NCBI GenBank assembly: GCA_041491305.1 | Contig: JBGPUU010000001.1 | Coordinates: 15,500-79,499 of the forward strand | DNA: 64,000 bases | Origin: Candidatus Methanoperedens sp. | GTDB lineage: Archaea; Halobacteriota; Methanosarcinia; Methanosarcinales; Methanoperedenaceae | Direction of reading: 5' to 3' | Notes under the pieces: generated by a model | What the model saw: the letters and a program-made list of their open reading frames with translations, nothing else | Database searches by the model: none | Told to the model about the DNA's origin: nothing | Position numbers and translations under genes: made by a program | Part shown: piece by piece, positions 51,752 to 62,077 of the stretch | How the letters are laid out: every line of letters begins with the position of its first letter | How positions within the stretch are numbered: position 1 is the stretch's first letter

Positions 51752-51776
51752 TGTAGCTTCAAGTCAATAGGCTACC
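51752..51776. repeat. Right copy of 25-bp inverted repeat
   Basis: TGTAGCTTCAAGTCAATAGGCTACC. Confidence 0.75.
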
Positions 51777-51800
51777 TTTGTAATACTTATCAGGTGATTC

Positions 51801-52457
51801 ATGAGACTTGACTCTTATCTCGTCGAGATTGGTAATCTTGGTTCCCGCGGGCGCGCAAAACGCGCCGTTGTTGAGGGGCAGGTGAAAGTCAATGGTAAGA
51901 TTACCACCAAACCCTCGTTTGATGTTGCATATTCCGACAGCATTGAAGTAACTGAGGGGCTTGACAGGCCCGCAGGCTACTGGAAACTAAAAGAGATACA
52001 GGAGAAGACCCATCTTATTAAGGACGGAGATACGGTACTCGACATAGGTTCAAGCGCGGGGGGTTTTCTCATGTTCGCTTCAGAGATTGCTTCCAGTGTC
52101 CATGGCATCGAGTTCAGCCATGAGTTCCGCGGTGAACTTGGAAAACTCGCGCATGAACACCAGAATGTAACCGTGGAATTCGGCGATGTTTTTTCAATAC
52201 CTGTTGGAAAAGAGAAAATTGCAGTATTTGATGTTTTACTTCTGGATATCACCGCAAGCCCTTTATCTTCTATAAAAGCTCTTGAGAATGTGCTGCCTGC
52301 CTTAAAAAGCGGCGGAATGCTCCTTCAGGTAATTAAATTGCCAAAAGACAGGGACAGGGAACCGATACTCAGGAAGCTCACTTCCCTGGGATTGGAAATT
52401 ACCGGAGTGCTTGAACCGGAGAAAAAAGAAGCATATATCATTGCAAGGAAGTTATAA
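51801..52457 (+). CDS. S4-domain + FtsJ-like rRNA methyltransferase (TlyA-like)
   Basis: MRLDSYLV...SRGRAK...KPS (S4); [11 protein letters not shown]. Confidence 0.85.
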   Translation: MRLDSYLVEIGNLGSRGRAKRAVVEGQVKVNGKITTKPSFDVAYSDSIEVTEGLDRPAGYWKLKEIQEKTHLIKDGDTVLDIGSSAGGFLMFASEIASSVHGIEFSHEFRGELGKLAHEHQNVTVEFGDVFSIPVGKEKIAVFDVLLLDITASPLSSIKALENVLPALKSGGMLLQVIKLPKDRDREPILRKLTSLGLEITGVLEPEKKEAYIIARKL

Positions 52458-53437
52458 TGGAGCAATTTGATTTTGACCTGGAACGCATTTTTAAAATCAT
52501 AAAAGACAAAAAATGCAAAAATATCGGTCTTCAGTTCCCTGAGGGTTTGAAAAGGCAGGGAATAAAAATCGCTAAGGAGATTGAAGAAAAAACCGGGGTA
52601 AGTACAATTATTTCAGGTAACCCCTGCTTCGGGGCATGCGATATTGATGCAGTCCTTGAAAGAAAAGTCGATTTGCTTTTCCACTTCGGGCATTCAAAAA
52701 TGGGAAAACACGATAACGTGGTTTTTATTGAAATGCGTTCAAATATCGATGTCCTGCCCGCCGTTAAAATTGCGATTCCCCTGTTAAAAGAAAAGAAAAT
52801 CGGTCTTGTAACTACAGTCCAGCATATTCATAAACTGGATGAAGTCTCAAAATTCCTGAAGCGCAACGAAAAGGAACCGGTAATCGGGAAGGGCGATTTG
52901 AGAGTCAGTTATCCCGGGCAGGTACTGGGATGCAATTTCACGTCTGCACGCATTGATTGCGAGGAGTACCTTTACATCGGCAGCGGGTTTTTCCACCCCC
53001 TCGGGGTTGCTATTGCAACGGGAAAAAGAGTAATAGCGGCAGACCCGTATTTGAACCAGGCACAAGAGGTCTCTCCTGAAAAGTTCCTTCGCAAGCGAAG
53101 CGGGTATATCGCAAAGGCGATGGATGCAAAAGTCTTCGGGATAATCGTTTCAACAAAAAGCGGGCAGGACAGGATGACGCTTGCAAGACGGCTTCTTGAA
53201 ATCGCAAATAAGCGCGGTATTTCGGCGCAAATTATCATGATGGACCTTGTAACTCCCGAACAATTGCTCGGATTCAAAGCCGATGCTTATGTAAATACGG
53301 CATGCCCCAGAATCACGATTGACGATTCGGAACGATTTCATGTGCCTGTGCTTACACCTGCGGAGTTTGAGATTGTGATAGGGGAAAGAAAATGGGAATC
53401 CCTTGAAATGGATGAGATTCTGGAAGAAAAGGAGTAG
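52457..53437 (+). CDS. dph2: Diphthamide biosynthesis enzyme Dph2
   Basis: [40 protein letters not shown]. Confidence 0.95.
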   Translation: MEQFDFDLERIFKIIKDKKCKNIGLQFPEGLKRQGIKIAKEIEEKTGVSTIISGNPCFGACDIDAVLERKVDLLFHFGHSKMGKHDNVVFIEMRSNIDVLPAVKIAIPLLKEKKIGLVTTVQHIHKLDEVSKFLKRNEKEPVIGKGDLRVSYPGQVLGCNFTSARIDCEEYLYIGSGFFHPLGVAIATGKRVIAADPYLNQAQEVSPEKFLRKRSGYIAKAMDAKVFGIIVSTKSGQDRMTLARRLLEIANKRGISAQIIMMDLVTPEQLLGFKADAYVNTACPRITIDDSERFHVPVLTPAEFEIVIGERKWESLEMDEILEEKE

Positions 53438-53442
53438 GGCCA

Positions 53443-54234
53443 CTATGGCAGGTATCTTTTCTTTTCAGGATTGCTGACCGAATGATTAAAAGGTTGCGGG
53501 GGAAGAATGGTAATATTTACAGTGGTATCCGTATGGCATCCTTCGCATGTCCAGTATCCTCTTGAAATGAATCTGCTTGAACCGTTTGCATTGCCCGGTG
53601 TTCGTCCGAATGGCTGGCTAATTCCATAGCTTGAGGACTGGTTGCTGGCCTGTAGATAAAATGGCTGGTGTGCGTTTGACTGGCTTAAATTATATCCTGC
53701 TGCCGTAATGTTGGGGAAACTCCCGAGAATCTGCGGGCTGTTATCGGAATAAATCCTGTTTCCGTGGCACCTGTCGTCATCGCATGTTATGACTGTTATT
53801 CCCGTATGCGTGGTTGCGTTGAAGAGAGTGGCGTTATGGCAAAGCATGCAGATCTCGGCACTATCTATTTGTCCGTTCCTGTTCGCATCAAGGCTGACGT
53901 TTACCAATATATTCAGGTTGCTTGAGTTCTGCCACTTTCGTTCAGAGATGTTCCAGTTCCATACAATATTATTATAATCAGTTATGGAATTTCCATTGTA
54001 ACTTATCCCGCCAATGGAAAGATATGAGGTGTAATTAGCATTTCCAGCCGCAGCTTTATGTTTTTCATAAACATATCCGCTATGCTCAACCTCAGATAAT
54101 ACATCGGTATGGCATTTCTCGCATGAAACACTGCTGTAAAAGGTGTGCTGCCCTGCAAGAAGAGAAACCGTATTGGGCATCACGTATAAACCCAATATCA
54201 TCAAAGCAAAATATAATATGATTTTCCTGTTCAT
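53443..54234 (-). CDS. Tetraheme c-type cytochrome, candidate extracellular filament subunit
   Basis: Signal/TM then SLLAGQHTFY; CEKCH, CMLCH, CDDDRCH (CX4CH), CEGCH. Confidence 0.8.
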   Translation of the reverse strand: MNRKIILYFALMILGLYVMPNTVSLLAGQHTFYSSVSCEKCHTDVLSEVEHSGYVYEKHKAAAGNANYTSYLSIGGISYNGNSITDYNNIVWNWNISERKWQNSSNLNILVNVSLDANRNGQIDSAEICMLCHNATLFNATTHTGITVITCDDDRCHGNRIYSDNSPQILGSFPNITAAGYNLSQSNAHQPFYLQASNQSSSYGISQPFGRTPGNANGSSRFISRGYWTCEGCHTDTTVNITILPPQPFNHSVSNPEKKRYLP

Positions 54235-54238
54235 CTTA

Positions 54239-54676
54239 TCACCCCGAACTGTTTGCAAAGAATTGTTTTGCATGCCTGTACAGGGTCGCAGTATCGCCGG
54301 TTATGTAATGGGCCGACTGGTTCAACCCGCTGACGTTATTGCCGCCGTCATTGTGAATAGTGATATTTCCTGCATCATCATAATTTGAATGGCAGTTGGT
54401 GCAGTAGATATTCTTTGTAAGGTTATGCGCTGCATTGATATTGTAAATTTCAGTACTGTTAGGATTATAGCCATGGCATATACATCCCGCATTGGCGTGG
54501 GCGCTCACGCTCACGATTGATACCTTTGTAGGATGGCATTTTATGCAGAAATCTGTTGCTGTTGTTGTGTTTTTATAGACCGTATGGCTTCCTGAGAATA
54601 TCGCGTATGTTGTAAACATGGAGGCGGCTAACAGTACCCCGAAAATCGCAAACAGTAACAATATTTTCTTATCCAT
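54239..54676 (-). CDS. Small multiheme c-type cytochrome (2 CXXCH + 1 CXCH)
   Basis: Signal/TM then AIFSGSHTVY; CIKCH, CICH, CTNCH. Confidence 0.8.
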   Translation of the reverse strand: MDKKILLLFAIFGVLLAASMFTTYAIFSGSHTVYKNTTTATDFCIKCHPTKVSIVSVSAHANAGCICHGYNPNSTEIYNINAAHNLTKNIYCTNCHSNYDDAGNITIHNDGGNNVSGLNQSAHYITGDTATLYRHAKQFFANSSG

Positions 54677-54683
54677 ATTTACC

Positions 54684-57600
54684 TCATGAATATACCTTGT
54701 CCGGATATGTATGACAGTAATTACAATCTATGGTCTTATTGTAACCATAAGTGGCAATTGCGTTATTATAATATGACGAATCATGGCAGACGGTGCAGTC
54801 AGTGATATTTACAACATTTATTCCATTGTAATTATATGTGCTCGGACTGCTTGTTATGTTATGCCTGTCTGTCTCATTCTTTGGATCACTCTGGTAGGCA
54901 TGGCAGTCCTCGCATGCTTTTCTTGCGCCAATGTTATTATGTCCTTTCGTGTGGCAGTCCTGGCATGCCAATGAACCGTGCGGGCTCCCACTGAACATGG
55001 TCTGGTTCACGAATTTGTCCGGAGAACCTACCCCATTCATGTATTCATAGCTGAAATGGCAGCTTGTGCATAACCCTGTGTTTACATTATGAACAAATTC
55101 TTTTATAGTGCCGTCAGACAGGGATTTACCATGGCAGCCCTTGCACGTGGTATCGTTATAATCAGGTGTCAGGGAATGGTTATAATAGCCGCTCAAATTG
55201 TAAGGTGAATAGATTGAGGAGTTCGTAATCTCAGGAGGGACTGAAAGATTGACGCCGGTAAAGGCCTGAGTCATGTTTATGTAGATCATTCCGCTGTTTG
55301 AATAACCCTGATAGTGACATCCTGCACACCAGTTGCCGTTACCGGAAATCTGGGAATCCATAATGTTACTTCCGCTCCAGTTGGAGGGTCTTCCAAGGCC
55401 TGTTGCATTATGTTTTGAGTCGCCGTGGCAATAATCGCACATACTCTCCTGGCTTGTATTAGTCCAATACCCCTGCTGCGTGCCGTTCCAGAAAGAACTA
55501 TTCAGCGAGCTATTGCCATGCTGGACTGTAGAGACTTTTGGAGGCGTTTTTGACAGCTTTGAATCCAATGTATTTTGCTGGTGGCAATCGGTGCAATTTA
55601 CAGCGCTCTGGTTCCCGGTATCATATGTGCCATCAGGCTTGAGATATGTCATCGGATGGATATTTTTCTTATCCGGACCTGTATGGCATTCCGTGCAATT
55701 GACCGAATTGTTGTGCATTTCTTTATATGTTGTCACCGCTCCGGTATAATTTATGGTGCCATTTGATACATTCAGTCCATGGCAGGCCAGGCAATATGAA
55801 CTGTTTATATTGTTGATTTCAGGTTTAATTAATTGAGCGCCGTGCAGTGATGAATTTGTACTATTGTGACATTCGTTTACACTGCATGACGGGTTTGAGG
55901 AATTGTATCTCAGGCTGTGATTGGAAATGCTACTATTGGCAACGTCCTGGAATACGCTGCTGAATTCACCTGTTGCATTTCTGTGGCAGTATATACAATA
56001 ATCATAACTTCCCGCGGTGATTCCAAAGTTTGACCTGTTAGTGCCGTAATGGTAGAAGCTCGTGTTTCCTCCGCTAACACCAACCCCGTCGCTTGCGAAT
56101 GAGCCATAATCCGTATCATTATTGGGAGTTATCATTCCGGAAACATTTTCATGGCATCCCAGGCAGGAGGCAAGGTCGCTCGTCCGGTTATCCAGAGCAC
56201 TGATATTTGTGCCGTTCCTGTAATGGTTGGATATAATCGTTGCATTGTATGCTCCTGCATTGCTTCCATTTGCTAAGTGGCAGTCCGGGCAGGTATAGGG
56301 TGTATCTCTCTTATCCGGATGTGTGTTGTTAGCTACTGCGTAGCCGCTTGAGTTATGGCATGCCCAGCAGCTTGCGTTTATACCGTAGCCTGAAGCGTTA
56401 TTGCTGTTCAAGTTTGCATGCACGGATATGCTGAAATTCGAGCCGTCTATGTAATTCAGGCCAGTGAAGTTCTGGGGATTGGACTTGTTATGGCAGTCAA
56501 GGCATCCGGGACCGCCGCCGAGCACTACTTCGTTTGAATGGAAATCAACCGGTATGCTCTGGTTTCTGGTATGACAGGCATAGCATGAATCGCTGCTTAT
56601 TGTAAATCTATTCCCGAACATGTTGCTGGCGTTTACCTGCAAAGCATTGCCCCATCCATTTCTTATTGTTTCAACACTCTGGTTGTGGCAGAACAGGCAG
56701 TTCGTGGTAGTGGGCATGCGGTCTATGGGAACTGTCCAGTGAGGTGGATCGTACTTGCCACCTGGTCCATCCGGGTAGTTATACTGTGCATAGTAACCAC
56801 CGAAATTAGATTTGTTGAAATAAGGGGCTGCGTGACAGGTTCCTTCCCCGGTGACTGCATTGTAACTATAGCAAGTTGTGGGATATGTATCAGTGCCGCC
56901 CTGTGAGGGTACGCTTACGTTTGTGCCCGTTATGCTGGAATAATTCGTGTGGGAATAAACATAAGGCAGCGTATTGTTGATGTCGCTTCTCAGGGAATAG
57001 AAAGCTGTCCTGTTCGGTCCTGTGAATATGGAGCTTACGTTTATGTGACAGTTTTCGCAAAGTTTAACACTCTGGAGGTTAGCTGTGATCAAGCTGGGAT
57101 TTCCAGTGCCGTGGCAGGCATAGCAGTCTGACCCGTCCAGGGTGGCTGAATTATTTTCCCAGTCAAATCCTCCGCTTGTCTCCCAGCCGCCGTGTATTAT
57201 CCAGGGAAGCCGCAAGGGTTGGGAGTGTAAGGTTGTTGCATTGGTACCGTTGTGGCAGTTGCCACAGGACTGGGTTTTTGCAGGATGTCTTGTGATAATG
57301 GCGTACCATTCCGTTGCATTTACCTGGGATTTGTGACACAGCGAGCAGTCGATGCTGTTTTTGATAAGGCTTGTATTGGTGGAGTAGTGGGATATATTGG
57401 AATAGATGGCATCTATATTGTCGCCACCATTTATATAAAAACCACTTGTATTAAAACCACCCATGCTTTTTATGTGGCAGGCGGCGCAATCTACCGAAGA
57501 GTTCCAGAAATCCGAGGTTATCTTGTAGATATCCGTGGTATAGTTCGCCGGGATATGATTGTATATTTTCTTTTCAGTCAGGTCATTAATCCTGCCAGCA

Positions 57601-59129
57601 TTGGTGTATGTGAGGTTTACAGTCGCGTTATGGCATGCAACGCAGCCGGTAACTATTATTGTGGTGTTAAACTCTGTGCCGTTGGTATGGCAAGCCCAGC
57701 AGGCTTTGTCCACTAAATCCGAAAGCTCGGTCGTATTGGTTGCATTCCGGTTTAGATATTTATGGGTTGAATTCGAGGACGAATTCATTGATGAAACATC
57801 CACTTTAGCTATCGAATTTGTAGTATTTGATACGCCATGGCAATTAACACAGTCAGAAATACTCCCGCCCGGATGCGATATTACAAGCGATTCCTGCCCT
57901 GATATAGCAAAAGGGGACAGCGAACCGGTGCCGGCGCTTAACGTGCTGTTTGTAATGTCCCGGATAGTTTCAAGCTGCTCCCATTGTGTAACATTCCAGT
58001 GATATATAAAAAGTGTCCTTTCATCTATATTGTTAAGTTCGGCTTTGTTGTAGTGTATTGTTATTTCAGCAGATGAAAAAGATATATTCTCCGCGCTTAT
58101 CTCCACATATTTTACAACCCTTCCCGGAACCGGAACAGACACAGGGTTTCTTTTCCCGAAATCATCGAGAATGACTTTTCCTTTCCCGTGAACTGAAGCA
58201 TTTTCCAGTTTCAGGGCGGCATTTTTTGTGGGGATTGCATCAATTTTAAAGATTTTTGGATTATCCGGTGCTGCACTGGCTACTGGTATAAAAAAATCAA
58301 GGATTGAATAAAAAAATACTGCAGGCCCGGTGATAATCGGGAAAGCCACTCCGATTAGCCCGGAACTGTTTACCTTACGATAAGATTTGACAAGCGAATT
58401 ATTTTCAAATATCTCGACTGTTGAATTGACAAGAGAACCTGATGTATCTATGACATTGATATCCCACTCCGGGGAAGGTGCCACAATCGCAAAGACTGAC
58501 AAGGAATTCACTGTTGTACTAATGACATTATTTGCTACATCGATTTTTGTCGGCAGTTCGTTCCAAACCTGCCCGGCATTATCGTAACTGTAAATAGTAA
58601 GATTATTCACATCCAACCCTTTGACTTCCGTATCAGTGAATTTTATTGATATATCAACGTTAGAAAAAGAAACGCCGCCGGAATTGACTTCTACATACTT
58701 TACCGGCGTGCCGGGCGCTGATACATTTACGCTCCCGGGCTGGTTAATGCCGTAATTTTCCAGCACCACCCTTCCTTTTGGTGATTCCCCTGAAATCCGA
58801 AGATTGATTGATAATCCCTTGTTGGCAAAATCATCATAACTGATTACAGCGCCAGGAATTCCGTGCCAGCTTATAAGATTGACATTCGGTCTTGGCGGTC
58901 CGCTTGATACCCCTTCCCCGCTTAACGATATTGCACCGGTTAACGGATTTCCTGCGGCATCTGTGAATGTTATCTCGCCGCTTGTTTTTAGCGCTTCGGT
59001 CCGGGTTGGTATTGGAGGGAAATACAATAAAGCCGCAGCTATACCTGATAAAACTACAAACACAAGTATTATGAGCCTGGTTTTAGAGAGCCCTGCTCTA
59101 TCCCGTAAAATATCCATTTTTTTGACCAT
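54684..59129 (-). CDS. Large multiheme cytochrome c (26 CXXCH + CX11CH + CX4CH) with two N-terminal PGF-pre-PGF-like domains
   Basis: Motifs counted by hand; N-terminal TM segment; duplicated VKYVE...W..L.T......SLS.FAI domains. Confidence 0.9.
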   Translation of the reverse strand: MVKKMDILRDRAGLSKTRLIILVFVVLSGIAAALLYFPPIPTRTEALKTSGEITFTDAAGNPLTGAISLSGEGVSSGPPRPNVNLISWHGIPGAVISYDDFANKGLSINLRISGESPKGRVVLENYGINQPGSVNVSAPGTPVKYVEVNSGGVSFSNVDISIKFTDTEVKGLDVNNLTIYSYDNAGQVWNELPTKIDVANNVISTTVNSLSVFAIVAPSPEWDINVIDTSGSLVNSTVEIFENNSLVKSYRKVNSSGLIGVAFPIITGPAVFFYSILDFFIPVASAAPDNPKIFKIDAIPTKNAALKLENASVHGKGKVILDDFGKRNPVSVPVPGRVVKYVEISAENISFSSAEITIHYNKAELNNIDERTLFIYHWNVTQWEQLETIRDITNSTLSAGTGSLSPFAISGQESLVISHPGGSISDCVNCHGVSNTTNSIAKVDVSSMNSSSNSTHKYLNRNATNTTELSDLVDKACWACHTNGTEFNTTIIVTGCVACHNATVNLTYTNAGRINDLTEKKIYNHIPANYTTDIYKITSDFWNSSVDCAACHIKSMGGFNTSGFYINGGDNIDAIYSNISHYSTNTSLIKNSIDCSLCHKSQVNATEWYAIITRHPAKTQSCGNCHNGTNATTLHSQPLRLPWIIHGGWETSGGFDWENNSATLDGSDCYACHGTGNPSLITANLQSVKLCENCHINVSSIFTGPNRTAFYSLRSDINNTLPYVYSHTNYSSITGTNVSVPSQGGTDTYPTTCYSYNAVTGEGTCHAAPYFNKSNFGGYYAQYNYPDGPGGKYDPPHWTVPIDRMPTTTNCLFCHNQSVETIRNGWGNALQVNASNMFGNRFTISSDSCYACHTRNQSIPVDFHSNEVVLGGGPGCLDCHNKSNPQNFTGLNYIDGSNFSISVHANLNSNNASGYGINASCWACHNSSGYAVANNTHPDKRDTPYTCPDCHLANGSNAGAYNATIISNHYRNGTNISALDNRTSDLASCLGCHENVSGMITPNNDTDYGSFASDGVGVSGGNTSFYHYGTNRSNFGITAGSYDYCIYCHRNATGEFSSVFQDVANSSISNHSLRYNSSNPSCSVNECHNSTNSSLHGAQLIKPEINNINSSYCLACHGLNVSNGTINYTGAVTTYKEMHNNSVNCTECHTGPDKKNIHPMTYLKPDGTYDTGNQSAVNCTDCHQQNTLDSKLSKTPPKVSTVQHGNSSLNSSFWNGTQQGYWTNTSQESMCDYCHGDSKHNATGLGRPSNWSGSNIMDSQISGNGNWCAGCHYQGYSNSGMIYINMTQAFTGVNLSVPPEITNSSIYSPYNLSGYYNHSLTPDYNDTTCKGCHGKSLSDGTIKEFVHNVNTGLCTSCHFSYEYMNGVGSPDKFVNQTMFSGSPHGSLACQDCHTKGHNNIGARKACEDCHAYQSDPKNETDRHNITSSPSTYNYNGINVVNITDCTVCHDSSYYNNAIATYGYNKTIDCNYCHTYPDKVYS

Positions 59130-59289
59130 GGGGTTTCTACATTGTTTTCATTCCAATCCTGTTTTCCTATCACCTTAATTGTTATTTATGTGCGTCCAAA
59201 ATAAATAGGTTTACATGATTTTAATTAATTACATGAACATTTATTATCAATCCGGAACCCGGCTTTTGGGAATGTTTTGAATGGCATTA

Positions 59290-60126
59290 TCACGATGTTA
59301 AATAATCCGTATGACGTCCGCTGTATACATACCCGACACCGAATGCGGAAAATGCAAGTACGAAGATGCTGAAAATAATCAGCCATGCAATCCTTTTTCC
59401 GGTCCATCCCGCGTTCATCCGCAGGTGCAGGCAAATCCCGTATGTGAACCATGAAATTAAAGACCATGTCTCGATGGGGTCCCAGCCCCAGTACCTGCCC
59501 CATGTCTGGTTTGCCCAAATTGCTCCTGCCGCTATCATTATAGTAAGGGCGAAAAATCCCATCGCCACGAAATGATACATAAGATCGTCCATTGTTCTTA
59601 ATCCGGGAAGCCTTTCGTAAAATGAATCCTGGATTCCGGTATTTAACTGCTTCTCTTTCAATATATAAAGAGCAGCAGTGGCTGCCGCAACCATTACCGA
59701 CCCGAAGCCAAGGCTTGCAAAACCTACATGGGCTATCAGCCAGTAACTCTGGAGAGAAGCCGGTATCATCTGGATATCCCTTGAATAAGTCGAACCTATA
59801 GCCATCAGCAAAAAGGATGCAGGCAGCACTATAAATCCTGCAATCTTAATCTTTTCATATTTTTGCTGCGAAAATAAGAATATAACTACTGAAAACCATG
59901 CATATTTTGATAAAACCTCGTACATACTGATGTAGGGACCGTGCCCGGTTTCTATCCACCGAAGGGCTATGGAAACACTGTGGAACAACAAGCCGGCAAA
60001 CGCGGTACTGACTGCAAGATTTATTCTTTCTTCTTTCTTGAAAACAAGGCAGTACAGGTATATAGCCGAACTGAGCGCATAAAGCACTGCAGCGGCCACG
60101 TAGATAATCCATTCAGTCTGTGCCAT
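59290..60126 (-). CDS. ccsA: Cytochrome c synthase CcsA/ResC (System II)
   Basis: WWD domain GAIWANQTWGRYWGWDPIETWSLISW; conserved His (HVGFA, SGRH). Confidence 0.92.
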   Translation of the reverse strand: MAQTEWIIYVAAAVLYALSSAIYLYCLVFKKEERINLAVSTAFAGLLFHSVSIALRWIETGHGPYISMYEVLSKYAWFSVVIFLFSQQKYEKIKIAGFIVLPASFLLMAIGSTYSRDIQMIPASLQSYWLIAHVGFASLGFGSVMVAAATAALYILKEKQLNTGIQDSFYERLPGLRTMDDLMYHFVAMGFFALTIMIAAGAIWANQTWGRYWGWDPIETWSLISWFTYGICLHLRMNAGWTGKRIAWLIIFSIFVLAFSAFGVGYVYSGRHTDYLTS

Positions 60127-61525
60127 GTAACCTCTTCATTTTATCGACAATACCTGAATATTCTTCTTCATATAAAGACCTGAACTTATCAGCCCGCCCC
60201 CCGATATAAATCTCCATTGCATCGGAATCACTGACAACCTCAACCCATATCCTCTTAGGGATTATAAAGAAAGATAACATGAGGCTGAATATCATAAATC
60301 CGACTCCCGCATACACAAGAAGCGTCCCGTCATCCTTCACCACGTAGAAATTACTCCAGTATTTTATATCATAAAATCCCAGGGTTCTGTCATAGCCAAG
60401 GTAATTATCGTGTATTTTTATTGTATCATTCAGCCTGAGCGTACCATCGTATATCTGCTTTCCCCCGTCAAATATCCTCAAAAACATGATTGGTGTTTTT
60501 TCGGCTTCGGATTCCATTAGTTGTCCTGTTAAAGGCGCAGTCATGTATACCATCAATCCCCCTTCAAGACCCGTATTCCCCATTTGGAAAGATGAGACAT
60601 ACCTCCCGCTGTTATCGAGGTCTTGTGCGGTTATATACGAGCCGGAATATACCGTCCCGTCCGGATTCTTCAACAACAGCAGCGGCGCAAGACCATAGAC
60701 ATTCCCAAGAAACGTGTATCCATTATAAGTCATCATGTGATTTGAAAATACAATATCAGTTTTCATCTTCTGGCCATTCTCTATTATAGAAAGCTCGCCT
60801 GCTGCTCCGCGAGGCGTATTTGTTTCATCCTTGTAATCAGGGAAGAATTTCAGAAGTGAAATACCGAATCCCTGGTGGTTTTCGTTAAAAAAATGACCCT
60901 CGTTGATAAACATATAGTTCGCGTGCTCTTCTTCCAGGGTCTGCCCTTCTATTAATCGCATATCCCCTTCCATCCTGCCCAAACTTCCGTAAACCACAGC
61001 TATTATGATGAAAAGTATGCTGATGTGAAACAGCGATGTGCCCAGTATCCCGAACCTGTTTTTTTCCGCAAGAATGCAATTCCCCTGCTGCCGTACCTTA
61101 TACCCTGCTGACTTAAGTAAAGAACCCGTTTCAGAAATAACACTATTGCTATCTTTTTTTGTTTTAATTACCGAGCTGTTCTCAAGTCCTGTAATGTATG
61201 CCTTTTTCTGGAATTGCTGGGCGTTGAGCCTTCGAAAAGCGCTTTTCAGCATCGTTCTTGTGCAGAAAAGAGTATTAACGACAAGGAGCGCCACTATGCT
61301 TAAAAATATAACTGATGAATAAAGATGGGTAAAACCGATTTTCTCAAAGGTTTCAGCCTGCCCCGGATTCGTAGATTTCCATTTATCATATACGTCAGGT
61401 TTGAGCTGCGATTGCTGGGGTACATAGGTCCCGATTATCGAAAATACGATAATGAGAGTAATAAGAACTATCGCAAGTTTTCTGGAGCTAAAAAAAGTAG
61501 CGATTTTCCCGGTACTAAAATCCAT
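60113..61525 (-). CDS. resB: Cytochrome c biogenesis protein ResB/CcsB (System II)
   Basis: SSRKLA...SIIGTYVPQ, NTLFCT, FHISIL, large extracytoplasmic domain, DDGTLLVYAG...KRIWV; overlaps ccsA. Confidence 0.88.
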   Translation of the reverse strand: MDFSTGKIATFFSSRKLAIVLITLIIVFSIIGTYVPQQSQLKPDVYDKWKSTNPGQAETFEKIGFTHLYSSVIFLSIVALLVVNTLFCTRTMLKSAFRRLNAQQFQKKAYITGLENSSVIKTKKDSNSVISETGSLLKSAGYKVRQQGNCILAEKNRFGILGTSLFHISILFIIIAVVYGSLGRMEGDMRLIEGQTLEEEHANYMFINEGHFFNENHQGFGISLLKFFPDYKDETNTPRGAAGELSIIENGQKMKTDIVFSNHMMTYNGYTFLGNVYGLAPLLLLKNPDGTVYSGSYITAQDLDNSGRYVSSFQMGNTGLEGGLMVYMTAPLTGQLMESEAEKTPIMFLRIFDGGKQIYDGTLRLNDTIKIHDNYLGYDRTLGFYDIKYWSNFYVVKDDGTLLVYAGVGFMIFSLMLSFFIIPKRIWVEVVSDSDAMEIYIGGRADKFRSLYEEEYSGIVDKMKRLHGTD

Positions 61526-61609
61526 TATTTTATCTTTCCTGACTTATCTTACTATACCCTTGATAAGTAGATATAAATAACTTTGCAGACGATGTAAACG
61601 TAAACTAAA

Positions 61610-62077
61610 ATGACGCCTCTAAATAAAATAATCGTCCTGATTGCCGTGGGTTCAGTTCTCGTTTTATCGGCAGCCTGGTGGGATTCACAATCAGGAAACA
61701 ATTCGGCTTTTATCAAACTTGGCGGTGTTTCATTTCATACATCAATAGAACCTGGAATCACAGAGGCAAAGAACTCAAGCAAACCTGTTTTCCTGTATTT
61801 CAGGTCGGAAACGTGTTACTGGTGCATAAGATTTGAAAATGAAGCTTTATCTGATAAAAGGGTCATCGATAAACTCAATAATAATTTTGTTCTTATTTCG
61901 ATTGATACATTCAAACAAAAAAATGTTTCCCTGAATCTCAATGTACGAACCACCCCGTATATGATTTTCTTTACAAAAGACGGCGAAGAGATATCAAGAA
62001 TCCCGGGTTACCTGCAAACTGATGATTTCCTTGTACAATTAAATTCCGTATCGGACAAACTCAACCGGAGCTCTTAG
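61610..62077 (+). CDS. Membrane-anchored thioredoxin family protein
   Basis: N-terminal TM; TCYWC, RTTPY cis-Pro loop, RIPGY. Confidence 0.85.
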   Translation: MTPLNKIIVLIAVGSVLVLSAAWWDSQSGNNSAFIKLGGVSFHTSIEPGITEAKNSSKPVFLYFRSETCYWCIRFENEALSDKRVIDKLNNNFVLISIDTFKQKNVSLNLNVRTTPYMIFFTKDGEEISRIPGYLQTDDFLVQLNSVSDKLNRSS

